Shown: positions 11,240 through 21,995 of the stretch, piece by piece
Layout of the letters: each line of letters starts with the position of its first letter
How positions within the stretch are numbered: the stretch's first letter is position 1
Assembly: GCA_051530055.1 (NCBI GenBank)
Contig: CM121341.1
Span: forward strand, 1,240,001-1,304,000
Length of the DNA: 64,000 nucleotides
Reading direction: 5' to 3'
From: Neoechinorhynchus agilis
Taxonomy: Eukaryota > Animalia > Acanthocephala
Made by a program: the position numbers and the translations under genes
Notes under the pieces: model-generated
What the model was told of the DNA's origin: nothing
Databases searched by the model: none
Seen by the model: the letters and a program-made list of their open reading frames with translations, nothing else

Positions 11240-13352
11240 ACATTAATTTATTTGTCAATTTAAGGAAAAAAAACAATGTTTCAAATTTGTTGTCTTCAAA
11301 TGTTATGTTTGTTCGACAGCTTCCTTGATGGCCGCGGCATTGCCGCGTTGGATCGCCGCGCTGATTCGCTGCAACAGGAAGCTGCTGGATCGCATATCGC
11401 CGGTGGCATGTTTTAGCATCCCCCCAGTCGTGAGAGGAAATAATCGGCTTCTTTGCCGAGACATCCCAGTGTTTCCACCGCAATCGGGATGAAAATATAT
11501 TGATGTCCATCGAGCGAGGAGTACTTCTGCCGCTTCTTTTCCTCGCTGAAGTTGGCGACTGCTCCCGCCTTTGAGGTGGCATCCCGTAAGTGGGATGCTG
11601 CGAGCGTGTTGGGGCAGGTAAAATCCCAAACCATTATTTTCCCGGAGCACCATGGGAGGAGAGTCGCTCCATCAGGGCGTTTACCGTCGTTCCGGGAGAG
11701 TCCAACTGTTTCGAGTCGAGCTGGAAAACCGGCCATTGAGAGGGCTTCCTTGATTATGCGGTTGACTGCTGAGTGCCGTGAGTGGCGAGCAGTTGAACGC
11801 TTGCAGTCAAGGCCGTGAGTTCCCGATCCGTTCACTGTCTCACCGCACCGACACGTATATGAGCCTGAGAAATCGATGCCCAACCGAAGTCCCACAGCGA
11901 CGGTGATGGCCTGATCATTCAGCCTCGTGCCAACAGATGTGATTGGGAAAGCCTTCAAGAAGTCGCTGGAGTGTGGAGCTGAGACTGCCAAGAGACGAGC
12001 TCTATCGTTGGGAGATGAGCATGAGTTAAGAAGCTGCTGATAATACGCAGTGTGGAGCAAGGCAGTCCAACGTTTTTGTGAGTTTGTTTCCGTTGGAACG
12101 ACCTGCCCGAACACTGACGTCCATTGAGCGTGCGCTTCGATCAGTTCAGGCGGTGGATGTGACTCGTGTCGAATGTGTGGTGGGATGATTCTCAGCACCA
12201 GGTCTGAAGAGACCGAGATCGACGACGAAAATGCAGGAATTGCTACTTCGGTGGCACTCTGGATGCTAAGACCGCCGAATCGAATGGGAAGGATCGCCTG
12301 TTTCCATGCTTTGTCGGACAGTCGTAGGTTAAGTACTTCTGACAGGGTTGATCGAACGCAGTTGTCGAAATCCGTGGTGAGCACTGACTTGAAGCATGGA
12401 GAAGTCCTCAGAAGGTACGCAATCTTCGGAAGCGACAGACATCGTGATAATATGAACAGAGCGTCGTGTCGCGCGATGTGCAAGAGCCTGGAGGCAGTGA
12501 GCCGCAATTGATCGATGGCTTTTGAAAGGAACGTTTCCAGGTTGGACAGGTTGCCGATTGGAGACCCGAGAATGTCAGCTGAGTCGGTTGCAGTTGTCTT
12601 TGCTCCGGGTAGTACGGTGAGCTGTCTCGATGCATCCTCTTGGTCGTCCGAAATAATTTCACATTTGTCCGTTCTCAGGAATAGTCCGATATCGGCACCC
12701 ATTTCGGAGATGTTTTTGATGTCGCGAATGAGCTGGTCGATCTCCCCTCCAATGCAACAGTCGTCGAGGTACCAGATCGACAAATCTGACGACGAGCTGT
12801 GGGCGAGATGATTGATCGTCCGTTGCGAACAGCGGAGGACCTAGAGGATCACCCTGTTGAACACCCTCTGCTGATTCGACCTGGAACTTGCCGGACATCA
12901 GCATGCTGGACTGGTCGTAGCACAAGGACACATACAGGTAGATTTCTGGTTGGTGATGATGGACAACCTCTGTCATCGCGGTGCAGCATATTGAATTGAA
13001 CGCGTTCTCCATGTCAAGCTTGACCATAGCCGTTCCTTTATTGATAACATTTCGACTATACGCTCGTGCTGAGTGTACGGCCGCCTCGGCTCCAGCAGGA
13101 ACTCCGACTCCTAATTGAACCGGCAAGAGTTGGTCGATCAATCGATCGGTGGCGAACTGACGCGCGACTTTGGATGCCAACCGACGGAAGGTACAACCCA
13201 CGGCAGTGGGACGAACTCCTCCACCTTTTTTGTGAAAGCGATCAGCTTGGCACCGCAGAGTAGACAAGCGACTGGAGGAGGTACGGGACCGCGAATGATT
13301 ACGCGTGTGAGCTCGGTGATTGCGTTCAGCAATCGCGTAACTCCCCCCCCAT
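11240..13352 (-). mobile_element. 5'-truncated CRE-like non-LTR retrotransposon (RT plus zinc knuckle plus restriction-like endonuclease), frameshifted
   Basis: RT motifs are RPTAVGCTFRRL, KLDMENAFNSI, GVQQGDPLGPPLF and WYLDD. These are followed by CRCG..HGLDC, RHSAV, RPDG..WDFT, EEKKRQKY, FIPIAVETLG and the C-terminal QRISAAIQRGNA. About three frameshifts lie near 13215, 12830 and 11420. Confidence 0.88.
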
Positions 13353-13453
13353 GAATTTTGGCCGTTGGGAATCATTTTGAGGTGCATTCTATTGGACATC
13401 GGAATCATCGGTGTTTCATTAGCGAAGATAAATTCGTCGCAATTTCGAGGCAT

Positions 13454-13525
13454 TTCCCAGACCGGGAATCGAACCCGGGCCACCTGCGTGAAAGGCAGGG
13501 ATCCTAACCACTAGACCATCTGGGA
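13454..13525 (-). tRNA. tRNA-Glu(TTC)
   Basis: TCCCAGATGGTCTAGTGGTTAGGATCCCTGCCTTTCACGCAGGTGGCCCGGGTTCGATTCCCGGTCTGGGAA forms a full cloverleaf with anticodon TTC. Confidence 0.95.
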
Positions 13526-14058
13526 GATGCTCAATGAGTCGAATTAATGATCTATTTATCAAATTTGTCATAGAGCTCAAGAGTTTCAGGCATTTAAAAG
13601 TTTATAAAGGATGGGAAATTTACGCCGCCTGATTTAAATGATTCCAATCCTAAATGTTGATTGCGTCAAATGTTTCATCAGCTTTATCTTAAACCCAAAC
13701 GAGCTAAGTCTTTTAGAACAAATGAAGTGTTCGTTTAGGAAATTATACACCAAAAGTTAAACGAGTTTAGAGATTTTTCACGTTTTTAATTCAAAAACTT
13801 ACAAAGTGATTCATTGTGAAGGTCTTTTAAAATATTCAAGCATTTTGCACCTCATTTGAACATTTCTGAAACAATTTTACTTCGTTAAGGATGCGATTTG
13901 ACCGGCGTGAGACGTGAGCCGAATATTCTGAATTGATTTCTGAATTTTGACCACTGAGAATCATTTTAAGATGCATTTTCGTGGAATTGCATCCACTTGG
14001 ATGTTATCCACAGATTTTTTATCGTCAGGCGAAATAAAGAAAAATGATTTATTTTCAA

Positions 14059-14299
14059 TGGCGAATTTTTACACACTCGAGCTTTATTATTGAAATTCTC
14101 ATTGCGAATTTTCATGCCCAGCCTGCTTCTCATGCATCTAAAAATGGATGTGGTGGGATGTCCCGCGCACCCGAGTCAAGGCTACCAACTTAGGAACCCC
14201 CACGACATCCATTTTTAGATGCTTGAGAAGGAGGCTGAGGCCTTGAAAATTCGCAATGAAGGTTTCAATAATAAAACTCGAGTGCGTTACAATTCGCCA
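14059..14299. repeat. Long imperfect inverted repeat (~100-bp arms, ~40-nt loop)
   Basis: GCATCTAAAAATGGATGT pairs with ACATCCATTTTTAGATGC. CACTCGAGCTTTATTATTGAAA..CATTGCGAATTTTCA pairs with TGAAAATTCGCAATG..TTTCAATAATAAAACTCGAGTG. Confidence 0.85.
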
Positions 14300-14476
14300 C
14301 TGAGAACACACATCCACTCGAAGGATTAAAAAAAGATAGAAAAATGATTTAGGATGGTCGCGACCACTGAGGGGAGAGCGATGCCTCTTCTTCGTGGACG
14401 GTGGCAATTGTTGTAACGTTTTGTTGCTGTGTGTGTAAATGAACGAGTTGCTTTCAAAAAAGATTTCTTTAATTTT

Positions 14477-14654
14477 TTCGAGTTTGTCGATGTTTTTCCC
14501 CCGGATTGTTGTTGGTGTTGATCATTTATTTTAAAATATTTCGTAAGCTTTTTGCTTACCTCTTCAGCTATGTTGTTTGTAAGCAAAAAGTTTACGAAAT
14601 ATTTTAAATAAATGATGAACAACAAACCGGGGGAAAAACATCGCCAAACTCGAA
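14477..14654. repeat. Long imperfect inverted repeat (~80-bp arms, 19-nt loop)
   Basis: TTCGAGTTTGTCGATGTTTTTCCCCCGG..AAATATTTCGTAAGCTTTTTGCTTAC pairs with GTAAGCAAAAAGTTTACGAAATATTT..CCGGGGGAAAAACATCGCCAAACTCGAA. Confidence 0.85.
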
Positions 14655-14769
14655 TCAAATTGACCCCGACGACAATTCTCTGTGGTATAAAAAGTGATTT
14701 AAGTTGAAAATTTCGTCCTCCTCGTTGGGGGAATTGTCAGTTTTTCATTGTCGTAATTTTGGGACGTAT

Positions 14770-14841
14770 TTCCCAGACCGGGAATCGAACCCGGGCCACC
14801 TGCGTGAAAGGCAGGGATCCTAACCACTAGACCATCTGGGA
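14770..14841 (-). tRNA. tRNA-Glu(TTC)
   Basis: Identical to the 13454-13525 copy, with different flanks. Confidence 0.95.
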
Positions 14842-15170
14842 GATGCTTTTTGGCTGGGACCAATTATTTAATTGGTGTGTTCATTTTCGCTTAAATGATA
14901 GTCAATAACTGAGCGAATCAAGGAAAATTCATATCGCTACAATCTACCGGTATCCTAAACTTACGGCTGTTTTTGATTCGGTAAAGATCTGAATTATCAA
15001 TCGAATACCAACGCTCTAAACGGCTATGCGTGGATCGGAGTCCGTTGTAAAGCCGAGTTGTCATGGTTACTCAGGACATCCCGGGAAAGTCCTCTTAGGC
15101 CTTTACATGGACGTTCATGTCTCTCACCAGCTCACCTCCATTAGCACAAAAATTCTAATATAGAAACATT

Positions 15171-16541
15171 ATGCGAGAGATTGTTCATCTTCAGCTTGGC
15201 CAATGTGGCAACCAAATGGGCCACAAGTTTTGGCAGGTCATTTGTGATGAACATGGAATTGGTCCAAACGGAGTTTATCATGGAGATTCGAGTGTTCAAC
15301 TCCAACGTATAAACGTGTATTTTGAAGAAGCTCGATGTGGAAGGTATGTACCAAGGGGCGTTTTGATCGATCTTGAGCCTGGAACATTGGATGCCATTCG
15401 GTGTGGTCCTTATGGGCAAATATATAGGCCAGATAATTACATGTTCGGATTCTCAGGAGCAGGAAATAATTGGGCTAAAGGATACTATACGTATGGAACA
15501 GAAATAATCGATCCAACGCTGGACATTGTGCGACGAGAGGCTGAGGGTTGCGATTGCCTTCAAGGATTCCAAATATTCCATTCCTTAGGAGGCGGTTGCG
15601 GATCAGGAATGGGTTCGTTGGTCCTGTCAAGAATAAGAGATGAGTATCCAGATCGAATGAATCTCACAATGTCAGTCGTACCATCTCCGAAGGTTTCTGA
15701 CACTGTAACTGAACCTTTGAACTCCGTGTTGTCCATCAACGAACTTGCAAAATGCAGCGACGAGACAATCTGCTTGGACAACGAAGCGCTTTACAATATC
15801 GCCCTTAGAAAACTAAGACTCATGAGACCTTCGTTTGGCGACCTGAACCATCTCGCGTCAATGGCATTGGCAGGAATCACGACCTGTTTCCGATTTCCAG
15901 GACAACTCAATGCGGATTTGAGGAAACTCGCGACGAATATGGTACCTTTTAGTAGGCTCCATTTCTTCGTACCAGGATTTGCTCCTCTTCATAGTCGCGG
16001 AAATCAATTCTATATGAAAATGACCGTCCCGGAGTTGGTCCGCCAATGTTTTGATGCGAGCAACATGATGGCTGCCTGCGATCCACGCGAAGGAAAGTAT
16101 CTTACATCGGCATGCATCTTTAGAGGACGGATCTCAATGCGTGAAGTTGAAGAACAAATTTTAAATGTTAAAAACAAGAACAGTCCTTATTTCGTAGAAT
16201 GGATTCCGGATTCATTGAAGATGGCAGTTTGTGATATACCGCCAAGAGGAATGCCTCGATCGTCAACTTTCCTTGGAAACACCACATCCATTTGTACGCT
16301 ATGGAAGCGAGTCGGTGGAGCGTTCTCTTCGATGGTGAAGAAAAAGGCATTTCTTCACTGGTACACAAACGAAGGAATGGAACCAAGGGAGTTCGGGGAA
16401 GCAGAGTCCAGTATGGTCGATTTTATCAGTGAGTATGAACAGTACGAATCTGCACGTGGGGAAGTTGCAGCAGAGGACGAAGTCGATAATGAAATCCTTG
16501 ACGAAGACGATGAAGCCGAAAATGAGTATGTCGACGCATAA
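15171..16541 (+). CDS. TUBB: Divergent intronless beta-tubulin (456 aa)
   Basis: It has the MREIVH start, [32 protein letters not shown] and an acidic tail. Confidence 0.97.
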   Translation: MREIVHLQLGQCGNQMGHKFWQVICDEHGIGPNGVYHGDSSVQLQRINVYFEEARCGRYVPRGVLIDLEPGTLDAIRCGPYGQIYRPDNYMFGFSGAGNNWAKGYYTYGTEIIDPTLDIVRREAEGCDCLQGFQIFHSLGGGCGSGMGSLVLSRIRDEYPDRMNLTMSVVPSPKVSDTVTEPLNSVLSINELAKCSDETICLDNEALYNIALRKLRLMRPSFGDLNHLASMALAGITTCFRFPGQLNADLRKLATNMVPFSRLHFFVPGFAPLHSRGNQFYMKMTVPELVRQCFDASNMMAACDPREGKYLTSACIFRGRISMREVEEQILNVKNKNSPYFVEWIPDSLKMAVCDIPPRGMPRSSTFLGNTTSICTLWKRVGGAFSSMVKKKAFLHWYTNEGMEPREFGEAESSMVDFISEYEQYESARGEVAAEDEVDNEILDEDDEAENEYVDA

Positions 16542-17137
16542 CTTTATTTTATCTATTTTTTGATTAAAATTACTGCGTGTGTTTTCGGATGAACGAACTA
16601 AGCGCTTTATAAATTCCATCAAATTCGTCTTCATAAGCGTCATCTCATGAAAAATCATGAATCATCCATGCAGTCTTATTTTTGAGAATAATGCTCCAAA
16701 TTCAATCGCATTATACAGTAATCTGTTTTAACGACTAAAGCCTACTTTTAGCTCATATTCGCAATTTTTTTATTCAAAAGTGAGAGTTGTTTTGATATTT
16801 GGTTTGCGACACAACCCCGATTTTAAACTATAAAACCAAGAATAATATTATTACTTCTTTAATATTGGGGTTATATAGCGATAAATCGATATTGGTCGAA
16901 CAACTCATTTATACTGTAGAACTGAAAAATTCGCTTTTTTAAATTGGAAAATGTGACAAAAATCCCGTTTTTATGGAGTGCAAAGTGTAATGTTTAGGCA
17001 CTTACATAAGTCTCTCGTTATCTTTTTTTGTCATTATATTCTACTGAGATAATCGAGTTATAAGCGAAGACGCCAAGTTTCATTATTGTACTTATGTTAA
17101 TTTCGCGATCGCTCAAGCGGAGCCACGTTGATCTAGG

Positions 17138-17912
17138 CTAAAAACAAACGCTTTTGCAAACTAGTTCGCAATGATCAAAAACATCCACATTTCCCCGATC
17201 TGTTTGTATTCTCGTAACTTTTCCACTCTCGCCACTGGTTGCATCTAATGAATTTTTAAAAAGCTTGCAGTTTAGACTCTTGATAATGTCGTCAAGATGA
17301 TTGTGGGATGGAAATGCGTCTCCTACTCTGAGCTCCGATATCACTGAAGCTTCACGTTAGCAACAACGGAATCTTCTTCACCCGCCGGGGCATAATTATC
17401 AAAGTCTATATGCCACCGTTGTGCTGGTGGTAGTGATGCTCACACCTATCAAATTCATCAGCAGCATAGTTCTCAGGGGAGCGGTGGGTGTACTCCAGAT
17501 CTGTTCTGACATGGCGAATGCATGCGCTTAATCTTCTTCCTTTCACCGCCATGACTTCTCCGGTTCCTAGCATAAAGTCTGTGCTCATTTATTTGCAGAC
17601 TTCATCTCACACACACATTCCAAAGGAAACCCAGGACTGCAAGAAGACAGGCAGTAAGTGGTATTTAAGTAAACATTTGCCACAAGTATTTTTCCATAAA
17701 ATCGATTTTATGCGTCTCTTGGAAAAAAATAATGCCACCGAAAATTTAATTATTTCCTTGCAAATCTCTTCAACCAATCCTTTAGATTGTGCAAACATGC
17801 GGCCCAGTTGTTTCATTCTCTTTAAAGCTATCAACACGTTTTTACTTAGACGCAGAAAAATCTGATTGGAAGATGAAATTTTTTGCACTCTATAGCTGTT
17901 GTTTCTAATCAC
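17138..17912 (-). CDS. Possible multi-exon gene of unknown function
   Basis: Three consecutive same-strand ORFs (17607-17912, 17406-17588, 17138-17344) have protein-like composition. The exon structure is not resolved. Confidence 0.3.
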
Positions 17913-18724
17913 GTCTCTTCAAAAAGTGTAATATTATTTATAATTCATGAAATCCATTAGATCATTCACACCACCGCTCTGGATCACTCAGCTGCCGTCC
18001 TGGTGTAAGAGTCGAAAGGACGGATAATATTGTGTATCACAAAAAAGAAAAGTTTAAGGATGGGCATTATTTTTTATTCACAAGATGAATTTTCGTCAAA
18101 AACTCACAAACTGTTACTATCCGAAAAATTGAAGGAATTTTATTGCCTCCGAAATATAGGATTTAACCAAAATTCCTTCAATTCTTCGGCCATAAAAACA
18201 TGAATAATTCAATCTTCAAACACTGATATGAATATAAATTTGAGGAATAATTGATCGAGATTGCCGCCACAATTCCTTGAAAAATAAACAATTTAAAGTG
18301 AAAGATCACTTTAAGTCTCATAATTTGATATTGCTCTATCAAGAAATAAGTACAATGCGTATCCCAGTTTCCACGCTCACTTTAGTACCTTTGACAGCGA
18401 AAACCTTTCCACCTTCTCCGCTTGACAAAAAACATTGCCCCTCAATCACTTCAGAAATGAATGCTTCATCAATGAGATGATCCAATAAAGTAACTGCGAG
18501 ATTTATAAAATTGGCATCAGGTGGTATTTATAACTTTTTTTCCAATATACAAAAATATTTTCAAGCTTCTTTTAAGTCAAATACTACTTTTTGTTCACAG
18601 ATATGTCCGCAACCTTGATTTTGAAGAGATGTGCAGTTTTGATAAATGTCAACAATCAATAAGTGTTGGGACGTCTCAAATATTTGAACTATTGAATTCC
18701 ATTATTTGGATAAAAATACAAAAT

Positions 18725-18920
18725 AATCAGACTTGTTGTTTAAGTCTTCATCCGGTAAATAATTTTATATTAAAAACGTTTCGAACCTCGTCGAGTTAAC
18801 AAACTGATGATTAATTCGATGAGGTTCGAAACGTTTTTAATAAAAATTATTCAACGGTTGAAGACCTAAACAATAAGTCTAATCATATAGTTCGGTACTT
18901 CCTCACATATCGACACACAA
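18725..18920. mobile_element. Head-to-head inverted pair of Penelope-like pseudo-LTR ends
   Basis: CTGATGA..GAGGTTCGAAACGTTTTTAATAAAAATTATT..GAAGACCTAAACAATAA lies on the plus strand, with its reverse complement immediately to the left. It matches the 3' ends at 21845, 24830 and 35885. Confidence 0.65.
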
Positions 18921-19307
18921 AATAGTCGTAAATTTTAAGATAATATTTTTTTAAATTTAAATGGGAGTAATTTTTAAAGATAATTTCGTTTTATAAAAGC
19001 AAACATATCTAAATAACGAGTACTTTTCAAATTTTCATCTTTTTTAGCATTACTTAATTTCTTATCTAAGACTTTTCATGCGAGAATTAGTGAGCAACGC
19101 TTAATCGCCGTATTGAGCAAAAGAAACCTGAATTTCAATCAACTGATATTCAAAATCTTTGACTAAAACGTAGATAAAGAATGTTTTTGGCTGAGTTCAA
19201 TCTTAAGATTACAATATAAAAAGTATGGTTTCCAGAACCCGTAGATCTAATCCAAAATCAAAGGTATTACGCCAATTTCTAATTTGTTGCATCCTTTTCA
19301 TAACTTA

Positions 19308-19984
19308 ATGAGCATGTATTTGTTCATGCACGCGCATCATTTAGGCTTTTGTGACCAACATTGTCATTGTCAATTCTGTAAATCAATGACACTCACAATG
19401 GCCACGGTAAGACAATGTGTTAGATTCGAAGTCGTGGATTATAACCAAATAATAGTACGTATTCTGCGGTAATTTAATCGTTTCCATCGTTTTTTCTGAA
19501 GTTTACTTGGATAGCGACGATATCGAAGAGAGGCATTGTAGGTTTCGTGTTAGCCTCAATAATTACGATGATTATGCTAATCATAAACGGAGTAGATAAT
19601 TTTCAGCATACCGACGGAGCAGTGCTTCCCACTTCAAACGACGACCAGCGCCCTTCATCCGAAGACGATCGAACGGACCAGTCCATCGTTGGTTCCACCA
19701 CTGAACCCTTGAGTGTCACATCTGATATATCAGTCGGAAGCTTTGACGTTGACCGAGAAGGAAAAATGCTTAAACGAGACACGTCTTTGGAGTCAGTAAG
19801 CTCCTATAGCGACTACCTCGTGAGTACTACAAACTACTTGTTATTGCAGAGTAGTCGAGACTCTTCTGTGAGAAGTTCTCTTTCGTCGATTGCAAGTAAT
19901 AGCTTCCTAAGTGAAGAACGACATATAGATGATTTGTTTGGTGATGATCTGATGACTAGAAGCTTCTCCAGCTTACCAGAATGA
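19308..19984 (+). CDS. Probable multi-exon Ser/Asp-rich protein of unknown function
   Basis: An upstream His/Cys exon ends in GTAAGA at ~19407. A low-complexity ORF runs to 19984 and contains a candidate in-frame 30-bp GTGAGT..TTGCAG intron. Confidence 0.35.
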
Positions 19985-20738
19985 ACGTCGCTTGTCAAGA
20001 GTGAATATGAAAATTGGTATCGTGTGCTGCTGGTAAATCTTGCGTGGCTCATTTCGTGCATTGTTAATAAATATCGTTATTGTTCCATTGGGTATTTAAG
20101 GCAGCTCTAAAATTCCTTAAAATTTTAGGATCGCTGCTGCACAAATGTTATTAAAGTGCCCTCTAAGATCCTATTAAAATACAATAATTTCTAAAGGAAC
20201 TTTTAAGACTCGGGTGAAAAAGGCTTTAATCAACTATATTGCGCGAAACGCTTCCCGAATAGGAAAATAGGAACGTCTTATAAAGTAGCTAACCTTTTCC
20301 AGTTTAATAGTAGAAATTTTTAACTTTGACTACAATTCTAATGAGATTAGTAACGTATTTTAAGAGTAGAACTACGATTTTTGTACTTCTTATCTGTCAA
20401 AGCACAATAAAATGAATATTTTCTGATATCCTAAGAAGACGCGATTGATACGAATATTTTGTAGATATTCATTATGTTGGCTGTTTAGGTGCCATGATCA
20501 ATATTTTCAATTTTAAAGTCGTCGTTTTAATTGTTGTGCTTCAAAGCTTTGATTAATCATTATGAAATTTTGCTTTAAATGGTTCTCTTACTAAATTTTC
20601 TCAATAAGATGTGCATGACGGATCTAATTGTGAAGAAAGCCTTTAAATCACAAAGATCGCATCCATCATTTGCAGAAAGTTTCAATTCATTGTTCAAGAA
20701 AACCGCTAAAGTTTTAATTTGAGTTAATTTGTCTATGG

Positions 20739-20939
20739 TCAGCACTTCGGCCCACATGACCGACAGTACTTCACCGTTTGATAGCAGCATGGATCCTCCT
20801 TATAAACGATCTGCTCGCATTCTGGATAGCAGCATGGATTTGCTTCACAATAAAGTGTCTTGTACTTGACGAGCTTTTGTTTGCAGATTTGAACTGGTAT
20901 GTAAGTTGTCTTACATTCACAGCAGAGTTTATAAGGCAT
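20739..20939 (-). CDS. Cys/Tyr-rich 66-aa microprotein
   Basis: MPYKLCCECKTTYIPVQICKQKLVKYKTLYCEANPCCYPECEQIVYKEDPCCYQTVKYCRSCGPKC contains 13 Cys and 8 Tyr, with an internal xPCCY repeat. Confidence 0.6.
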   Translation of the reverse strand: MPYKLCCECKTTYIPVQICKQKLVKYKTLYCEANPCCYPECEQIVYKEDPCCYQTVKYCRSCGPKC

Positions 20940-21650
20940 ATCGACGAACTTGAGCTTTAGGAGTAGAGAGTAAAGAAATCTTAGGTTCGAAACACGCTCC
21001 TTCACCTTAAATATTCTTGGTTTGTTTTTGTTATTCCGCATATTAGTGACTTGTTTTCGAGCTTATTTTTTAGCGTTGAGATTTAAGTACGCTTGCAATT
21101 TTTTATGTCGGTGCAATCGGCGAATAAAAGGAATCAGGTTTCTTGGGAAAGAGAAGTCTTATGATGTTTCCCTTTATAAAACTAAGTAAGATAGATTATT
21201 AGGGAAGAGAAATCAAACTGTTTAAGTTGCTGCGTAGCCTCGACAGCAAAGTTGAAAAAATTGGAACATAAATGGGTTATTTTTCGAGGTCTGGCCAGCT
21301 AGTAAGTTTTATTTTGTGTTTTAAATTTGGCCTTTTTCACAGCAAATAATTTTTCCTTGGGCACACAGCCCACAGTGGAAAAGGACAAACTTAAAAACAC
21401 AGAATAAATGGGTTATTTGAATTTCGCTTGATCAAGTTTATACTTGAAATTATCGAGATTGGAGGATGGTTATTATTCTAAGGGAGTCATTGATTAGGTT
21501 CTGGAGTGATCAATTGATAGCTTCAGGCATCTTTTTTTAATGTCCAAAAAAACCAACAATTAATTTTTTTTCATGCCATCAAAATCAGTAGCAGCGACGA
21601 AGTAATGTTAGAAGATTGAATTGTTCATATTTGCCATTTTCTGGAGGAGA

Positions 21651-21822
21651 AATTAAAATGATTTTGTTTTAAAATCCGATATTTCGGCACAATATAGTGC
21701 CTTTATCAAGTTTGTTTAAATGTTTTAGGTACATTCAAGTACGAATAAAACACTTAAACAGACTTGATAAAGGCACAAGATTGTGCCGAAATATCGGATT
21801 TTAAAATAAAATCATTTTAATT
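21651..21822. repeat. Long inverted repeat / MITE-like hairpin
   Basis: ATTAAAATGATTTTGTTTTAAAATCCGATATTTCGGCACAAT..GTGCCTTTATCAAGT pairs with ACTTGATAAAGGCAC..ATTGTGCCGAAATATCGGATTTTAAAATAAAATCATTTTAAT. Confidence 0.85.
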
Positions 21823-21844
21823 TATCCGCCAGAAAACAAACAAT

Positions 21845-21995
21845 GCGAAAATGTCGATATGTGAGGTACCGGGGAATGTGATTAGAATTATTTTTTGGTC
21901 TACACCGGGTAATTGAGTATTTATTAAAGACATTTCGAACCTCGTCGGGTTCATCATCAGTTTGTTTGTTAGTAATGAACCCGACGAGATTCGAG
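21845..21995 (-). mobile_element. Solo Penelope-like pseudo-LTR with hammerhead-like core
   Basis: The minus strand reads CTGATGATGAACCCGACGAGGTTCGAAATGTC, followed by sequence matching 35885-35960. Confidence 0.65.

Noticed and set aside
11552-13354. Multiple plus-strand ORFs within the CRE element
   Set aside because: They are antisense shadows of a GC-richer coding sequence.
13353-13483. N-terminus of ORF 12659-13483 (MARVRFPVWE...)
   Set aside because: It starts inside the tRNA gene and its trailer. RT homology begins only near 13350.
14326-14658. 110-aa minus-strand ORF
   Set aside because: It has no ATG start and mostly overlaps the 14477-14654 inverted repeat.
15073-15097. GGGAAAGTCCTC resembling the RNase MRP/P CR-I motif
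   Set aside because: No complementary CR-V/P4 partner was found at a suitable distance, because the downstream sequence is tubulin CDS.
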